In this document: piece by piece, positions 58,301-64,000 of the stretch | How positions within the stretch are numbered: the first letter of the stretch is position 1 | How the letters are laid out: each line of letters starts with the position of its first letter | IMG/VR virus record: IMGVR_UViG_3300035180_001820 | Location: 3,268-67,267 of that record | Length of the DNA: 64,000 nt | Origin: a virus | Reading direction: 5' to 3' (one strand) | The notes under the pieces: model-generated | The model's database searches: none | What the model saw: only the letters and a program-made list of their open reading frames with translations | Told to the model about the DNA's origin: nothing | Position numbers and translations under genes: made by a program

Positions 58301-59684
58301 ATACCATTTTCATATGTACTTAACCATCCTCTAACTTTTTCAATTGTTAACTTATCATCAGATATAAAATAACTAGATAATTTCTTATCCATTCTTTTTT
58401 CCAGTCTTTACATATTTTACAAAATATACCGAAGGATTAACATTATCCAAAAACGATACCCAATTACCATCAAGATCATTATGAAAATCTCTCCGCAACA
58501 ACTCACCATCAGGAGTCAAAAGCCAATCATCGGCTGTAGTAACATCCGTTACTTTTCCATCATAAGGTGATATTTTATAAACTTTAAATTTCAACATAAT
58601 TAATAATTTCTTAAAATTTTAACAAACTTGTATGACCTGAATAACTAAACGTTTCTGGAAACTTAATTTTTGGTTCAGGTCCAAAAAGAGTTTTTGGATA
58701 AACATAAACCGCAATTCTCTCTCCAATAAACCAAGGAACATCAATTGAATATTTTCTCTTAATTGTTTTGAACAATTTAACTCTATCGGAATGTCTGCCT
58801 TTTAGCACAACTTTTGCATTCTTTCCATTAAGTCTTTTGAACTCAGAAATGAATCTTCGACCTTCTGCATTATTTTCAACTATTGCAGTAGATGCAACAT
58901 TTTTAGCTGTAATATTAACAAACATTTTTTATTCCTTAATTAAAATTGATATACAAATATAACTATAATTTCTTAGACTGTCAATGGAGTTTGAGATTAA
59001 TCTTTCTCAATTTTACCACATAAAATACACCGATATGTATCTTTTTTACAACCATTATCTGTCCAAATATGACTGCATATTTTAATAGGTTTATTCGTCA
59101 TATCCCAAACACCATTAAAACTAATAGCAAATCTGCCAATGGTACCTTTTACCGAACTTTTATCCGAAGTAATCATTTCTAGTTGTTTTGCCGTTAATTT
59201 CATTTTTGTTATCCGTAATTAATAAATTTGATATACAAATATATCTATAAAAACATGGATTGTCAATGGAGTTTAGAAATTAATTTCTACTATCTTATTT
59301 TAATGTATTTTAAGACTTCAAAGTTACTAGCATAAAACGATGTATTTTAAGCTATTACTTATATCGTCTTTAAATGATGTTAAATAGCTTCCGAATAGAT
59401 AACCACAGAACACACATAATAACACTTACTAGACCCTTCTAACAAGACGATTACCGAGGCCTATAAATGCTTATAAATAATTAAACCATATAAACATTAA
59501 GTATACTAGTTTGACTCCCACTAGACTCATCTAACAAGCCGCCACATACTTGCTAGTGGAAAAAATTACAGTCCGGAGTATTTTACTAGTTTGTCAATAA
59601 TTGAATATATGACCATATAGAATTATCATAGTTTATTTTTTATACTCCCAATTTGATTTAAAGTCATATTGATTTATTTTTATA

Positions 59685-59811
59685 CTTAAAGATGCTTCTA
59701 TAATGTCCGGTAGAAATGCGGACTAATCCAATCTAAGTTATTTTATTTTTTTATATTTCTTAAAGATGCTTCTATAGAAGAAAAATAGTGTCCGGTAGAA
59801 ATGCGGACTAA
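59685..59811. repeat. Two-copy direct repeat containing a hairpin
   Basis: CTTAAAGATGCTTCTATA...TGTCCGGTAGAAATGCGGACTAA at 59685-59726 and 59759-59811. Confidence 0.9.
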
Positions 59812-59899
59812 AGTAAGCCATTCTCACATTACACACTTCCTAACCCCAAGTAACTAGGCATAACCTTAGCATCTATTAATGTGTACACTTATTTCTTAT

Positions 59900-61870
59900 G
59901 GGACTGAGATTATGGTAGGTAGTAACTACATACTACAAAGGACCACCAACAAATGTCAGCAGTCCTTTGAGCTAGCTAGCTATACAGCAAAAGCATCTAA
60001 TACTAAATGATCAGTAAAGTATGTCGATGCTTCCACTTTTGACGCGATTTTGAATAGACCATCGCTTACGGTCTCCTTTCCAACAAGTATGGATTGCTCC
60101 TCCTACTATCAGTATACTTGATAGTTAGTAGAGCTTCTTAACGTATAGCATCCTACGACATCCTATATTTAAAGCCTAGTATATGCAATTAAGGCACGCA
60201 GACAGTATACTTATTCAAGGTATACTAAATCGGCTACTGTTTAACGGCGGCAGTTTGCCGAGTACTTTTCTGAGTTAACTGTACATTAGTATTAATCTAA
60301 TCTGTCACGTTATAGATATCGTCAGCACAATATACCATATGCAGGTGGTTGTTACTCAATTTAGTAACCAGCAGCTACTGTAACGTCGATAGCGGCACGT
60401 GATACTCACTTTAGTATCCATCGGTATTTTGTAATGACAAAATTGACTAAAAACATCCTATACCTGTAGTCGATAGAAGAACTATAACTATATATCAGTT
60501 ATCAATATTATATTTACATATACTTAAATATACAAACAATCCTACATAAGATTATGGATGTAGTGCCATAGCCATGATTATTGAGTATAGACGACTCAAC
60601 ATAAGTTTTCGCGCTATGCCACGTACAAAGTGTTTATAGACTCTAAGTAAAAGTCTCCTAACCAGTTAATTATAATCCGTCCATGATCTGCACATGGCCT
60701 TCTGAGTTTCTGCTCAGCGGTTCTACTCCTAAACCTACGTGGTAATCACTTAATTAGTGTTTGATCTAAATATAATTTATATGTGGTACCACCCCACAAT
60801 TATGCACCGCTAAATGCAAACGTATATTTACTATAAATTGATATTAAGAATTACTTTAGATACAATTGGTGCATTTAACATTCGAGCCATTCATAACAAT
60901 GGAGCAACAAATAACGAGTACTTGTATATCTATCTAAAGATTTTGAGGTGATCAGCTGTATTCCTTGCGGCAGCTCAAAAAGAATATTTCTAACCTCTGT
61001 TATTACCGAGGTACCCGTCGGTTATTATATTCAATTGTGATTGAAGTGGGAATTGAACCCACAGTTATCATGCACCAAAGTAAATTTGTTTGTGAGACGT
61101 GCAAGCTAAGGTCAATTACGATTTAAGGTTGTAATCTTCTAGACTCAATCAACTATCATTGGTTATTTTGACATGCAATGATAAGGCATGTGTTCCTAGC
61201 AAGACTTACTAGTGAGTAAAAGTGTTTATAATGGTCAACTTTCAATCGACCTTTGTACTATATCTTTTATATTCGATATAGTATCTCATTCTCTAATATA
61301 ATATAAATTTAATCATTAATAATATTTTACCTACGCTACGTCATTTTGATTCTCCTATCTTACTATATATTTCTTATTTCTAGATTTAATAAATAATCAG
61401 TAATACCAATGTTTATATCTTTACTGCATCTATACGTGATGGATTCAATTTATAAATCATTAATAACCGAATTGAATTTTTATAAAATAGTGGCAGATCA
61501 TTTATCTGTTGCTCGAGGCAGAAATGTTTTAGACTGCCTTAATTAATAGAACCCTTAAATCCATTTCCAGACCGCAGTCCTATAGTCAGTAGGAATTTCT
61601 ATTAAAATTATATCCGTATATGTTATGGCCAAACGGACTGGATTAATAATATTGTATATATGATAGACCAACAATATCTCCAAAAAATAGGTAACATATA
61701 TTTACTGATTGCTATTTCGTCTAAGCATATACACCATGTTACGGGCTTTACCCTTAGACAATATAGTCATTATTACCAAAAAAGCAAACTTAATCAATTT
61801 CCGACTTTCACGGACATATCTGCTGCGCAGTGCATTGTCGTTTTATGCTAGATGATTAAGTTTTTCAATG
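59900..61870 (-). ncRNA. Candidate large structured non-coding RNA or ncRNA array
   Basis: No credible ORF over ~2.7 kb; more than 30 stems seen by eye, several enclosing multibranch domains; minus-strand G.U-rich stems, GNRA and T-loop-like loops. Strand and boundaries tentative. Confidence 0.6.
61035..61150 (-). ncRNA. Oversized tRNA-like element
   Basis: GATTGAG/TTCAATC acceptor-like stem, U8, T-arm GTGGG-TTCAATT-CCCAC directly adjacent, ends A-CAA; no canonical D or anticodon arm. Confidence 0.45.
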
Positions 61871-61909
61871 AACAAATTTATTATAAATATAACCTGTAAT
61901 TTGTATTTA

Positions 61910-61945
61910 ATAACCCACCCATTACTTTTTTAATAAGTGGGTTAT
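61910..61945 (-). terminator. Hairpin, probable terminator of the 61993 gene
   Basis: ATAACCCAC...GTGGGTTAT inverted repeat. Confidence 0.55.
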
Positions 61946-61992
61946 CTCCAACTTACATCCTTTGCATATTCGATTGTATCATCGAGTATGTT

Positions 61993-62514
61993 TCAGGCAG
62001 GAACAACTTCGGTTTCGGTCGGTACTACAACTGTTGCGTTCTTGTTAGCGACCTGAACCTTTGCAGCTTCAAGAGCGGCCTTAGCGGCTTCTTTCTCTGC
62101 AATTTTCTTTGCTTTCTCAGCATCCTTAATGGCTTTTGCTTCAGCGGCTTTAGTCTCTTTCTCGAGTTTCTTTGCGGCTTTGTCTGCATCTTTCTTAGCC
62201 TTAGCTTCCGCCTTTTGGACGCGTTTCAATTCTTTTGCTTCTGCCTTTGCGGCATCTTCAGCAGAAGTGTCAACCTTAGGGGTAGGAACAAACTCAGTCG
62301 CGGTAGCGTCAAGCTGTTCAACAGTTCTGCGAATCTGACCGGTTACAAGCAGGTCTTTCTTTTCGGAATAGCGATTCAGTACAACAAAGGTCTTAATAAC
62401 TTCACCGAGTTCATTCTTAACCGGTTTGATACCGGTGATTTCCCAAGGGGAATTTGCGACGGTTTTTTGTTCTGCATTTTCAAATTTAACGCGGGTTCCA
62501 ACTTCGTAGTTCAT
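61993..62514 (-). CDS. Protein with small beta domain and long K/A/E-rich helix (start moved to MNYEVG)
   Basis: Track start at 62577 lies inside promoter 62556-62584; AEAKAKKDADKAAKK-type repeats. Confidence 0.75.
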   Translation of the reverse strand: MNYEVGTRVKFENAEQKTVANSPWEITGIKPVKNELGEVIKTFVVLNRYSEKKDLLVTGQIRRTVEQLDATATEFVPTPKVDTSAEDAAKAEAKELKRVQKAEAKAKKDADKAAKKLEKETKAAEAKAIKDAEKAKKIAEKEAAKAALEAAKVQVANKNATVVVPTETEVVPA

Positions 62515-62950
62515 GTGTTTGTCTTTCTTTAGATCTTTAATAATTTTTATATTCAAATTTAACCATTTTTTATTCAACTGTCAATAGAGTTTCAAATCTT
62601 TTTTCCGATGATTTGTGGTCCGTAATTTGTAACCGTTGAATTAATTGATATACAAATTTAACCATTTTTCGGTTCAATGTCAATAGAGTTTAATCATTTT
62701 ACCAATCCATTTTTCAAAGAATAAATAAAGGTCATAAAAAGCTGTATCAAAACGAGACAGATTTGTTATTGACAGTACGTCTGATATACCAAGATAATTG
62801 GGCTGGATTGTGATATTACTATCTGGTCCATATAAAATCCCAATATCATTAATAAAGTCAATTTTAGCCTGTTCTAACAGTTCTATATCGTTCAAATTTT
62901 TCATATTCAAATATAACTATAATCTAGCCTAATGTCAATAGAGTTTGAAA

Positions 62951-63400
62951 TTAATCTTTAACTAATGTAGCACAGGCAAAATAATTCGATTCTTTTACCG
63001 AATATCCTGATTTAGATTTACCTCTTTGTAACATCCTTCTAACGGCATTAACTCGGGCTGGACTTTGCATATCCCATGTACCTGCGGATATATCCATTTG
63101 TAAATGTACCTCATCACCAGTCCTTGCTACGGGCTTCTCAGCCACTATATCAACTGGTACTGGACTAAAGTTCAAATTATACATTGCGGATGTACGTAAT
63201 GCAAATGCAATATCAGCAACATGTCCTACGTGAGTACCCAATGACTTTACTGATTTACCTTCACAGTCACCTTCGGTTGTTACTTTCCACGTACCGACAG
63301 GATTTAGATTGTCAATGTATTGTGCATTTTTTCGTTCTTTTTTCCTGCGTTCAAGTTCAGCCTGCAGATCTTCATCAGATAATCTAGATAGGTTATTCAT
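62951..63400 (-). CDS. Hypothetical protein (single-gene cassette)
   Basis: 149 aa; LSDEDLQAELERRK, W.VTTEGDCEGKS...LG.H.G; bounded by promoter repeats. Confidence 0.7.
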   Translation of the reverse strand: MNNLSRLSDEDLQAELERRKKERKNAQYIDNLNPVGTWKVTTEGDCEGKSVKSLGTHVGHVADIAFALRTSAMYNLNFSPVPVDIVAEKPVARTGDEVHLQMDISAGTWDMQSPARVNAVRRMLQRGKSKSGYSVKESNYFACATLVKD

Positions 63401-63466
63401 ATTGTCTTTTCTTTAAAAATTTTGATATACAAATATAACTAATAACATGTTAACTGTCAATAGAGT

Positions 63467-63841
63467 TTATGCATTTTCTTTAATTCTTTTTTTACACCGA
63501 TTACATTTGAACCAATCATAATGACTGTCATGTCCATCTTCAACCCATGCGTGTCCACGATCCTTACAAGGGTCTTTCTCAGCTTCAGTGGTCAATTCAT
63601 TAACCGATTCAGTTAGTTGTGCCTGCGATGCTTTATATGCATTGTATGTAGGAATGTCAACAATATATGTATGACCGTCTCTCATTGTAGCAGTACCGAA
63701 ATAAGTCTCAATTGTGACAATCCCAGGGCCTTTTGCCGTTAGAAGTCCATTCTCAATTACACAACTCGAACCGCCTTCAAAAGATACTTCGGCATCTGTG
63801 TAAGCTTCATTCAGTTTGGGATTGACTATTTTGAGTTTCAT
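63467..63841 (-). CDS. Hypothetical protein with C-terminal zinc-ribbon
   Basis: C...GHAW......CNRC; AAGGA RBS. Confidence 0.65.
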   Translation of the reverse strand: MKLKIVNPKLNEAYTDAEVSFEGGSSCVIENGLLTAKGPGIVTIETYFGTATMRDGHTYIVDIPTYNAYKASQAQLTESVNELTTEAEKDPCKDRGHAWVEDGHDSHYDWFKCNRCKKRIKENA

Positions 63842-64000
63842 ATTGTTATATCCTTAAAATAAAAAGAGTGTAATTATATATAATATAGTAACAGCTATCC
63901 AAAACATATCCATATTTTTGATATGTTGAGATCTTTTATTTAATTGCTGTTTCATATTATCTAATCCATTAAAAATTTTGATATACAAATATAACTATAA

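Noticed and set aside
61660-61851. 63-aa plus-strand ORF in the structured region
   Set aside because: No RBS, atypical composition, and it overlaps strong stems.
59204-61992. Non-coding region as a canonical tRNA cluster, tmRNA, RNase P RNA, rRNA or group I/II intron
   Set aside because: Only one T-arm found, no GAGGAAAGTCC, no tag ORF or G3.U70, no interrupted host gene; ATATAGTC at ~61761 alone is too weak for a group I core.

Overview
Very AT-rich, densely coding segment of a large tailed (myovirus-like, probably jumbo) bacteriophage, standard genetic code, almost all genes on the minus strand. Left to right: a late/structural block (baseplate gp6-like, gp25-like, spike/hub-like, putative gp55-like sigma factor, lytic transglycosylase); a metabolic/counter-defence block (peptide deformylase, divergent ThyX, DNA ligase, two RNA ligases and several RNA end-healing enzymes, an Apyc1-like MBL hydrolase, a radical SAM operon); and an early block of short hypothetical genes in several paralog families plus a MoxR AAA+/vWA pair. 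About 24 copies of an extended TTGACA-N17-TATATT promoter repeat split the region into small gene cassettes. Best candidates for undescribed systems: (1) a ~2 kb ORF-free, hairpin-dense region (59.9-61.9 kb) that looks like a large structured ncRNA or ncRNA array with tRNA-like cloverleaves; (2) a promoter-bounded operon of an atypical radical SAM/SPASM enzyme, an RNA ligase-like enzyme and three proteins sharing the N-terminus K(I/V)RQGFVSNSSTSSF; (3) the promoter-cassette architecture with associated bipartite and palindromic DNA motifs. All calls are from motif recognition by eye; no searches or folding programs were run. Many short hypothetical ORFs are not listed individually.
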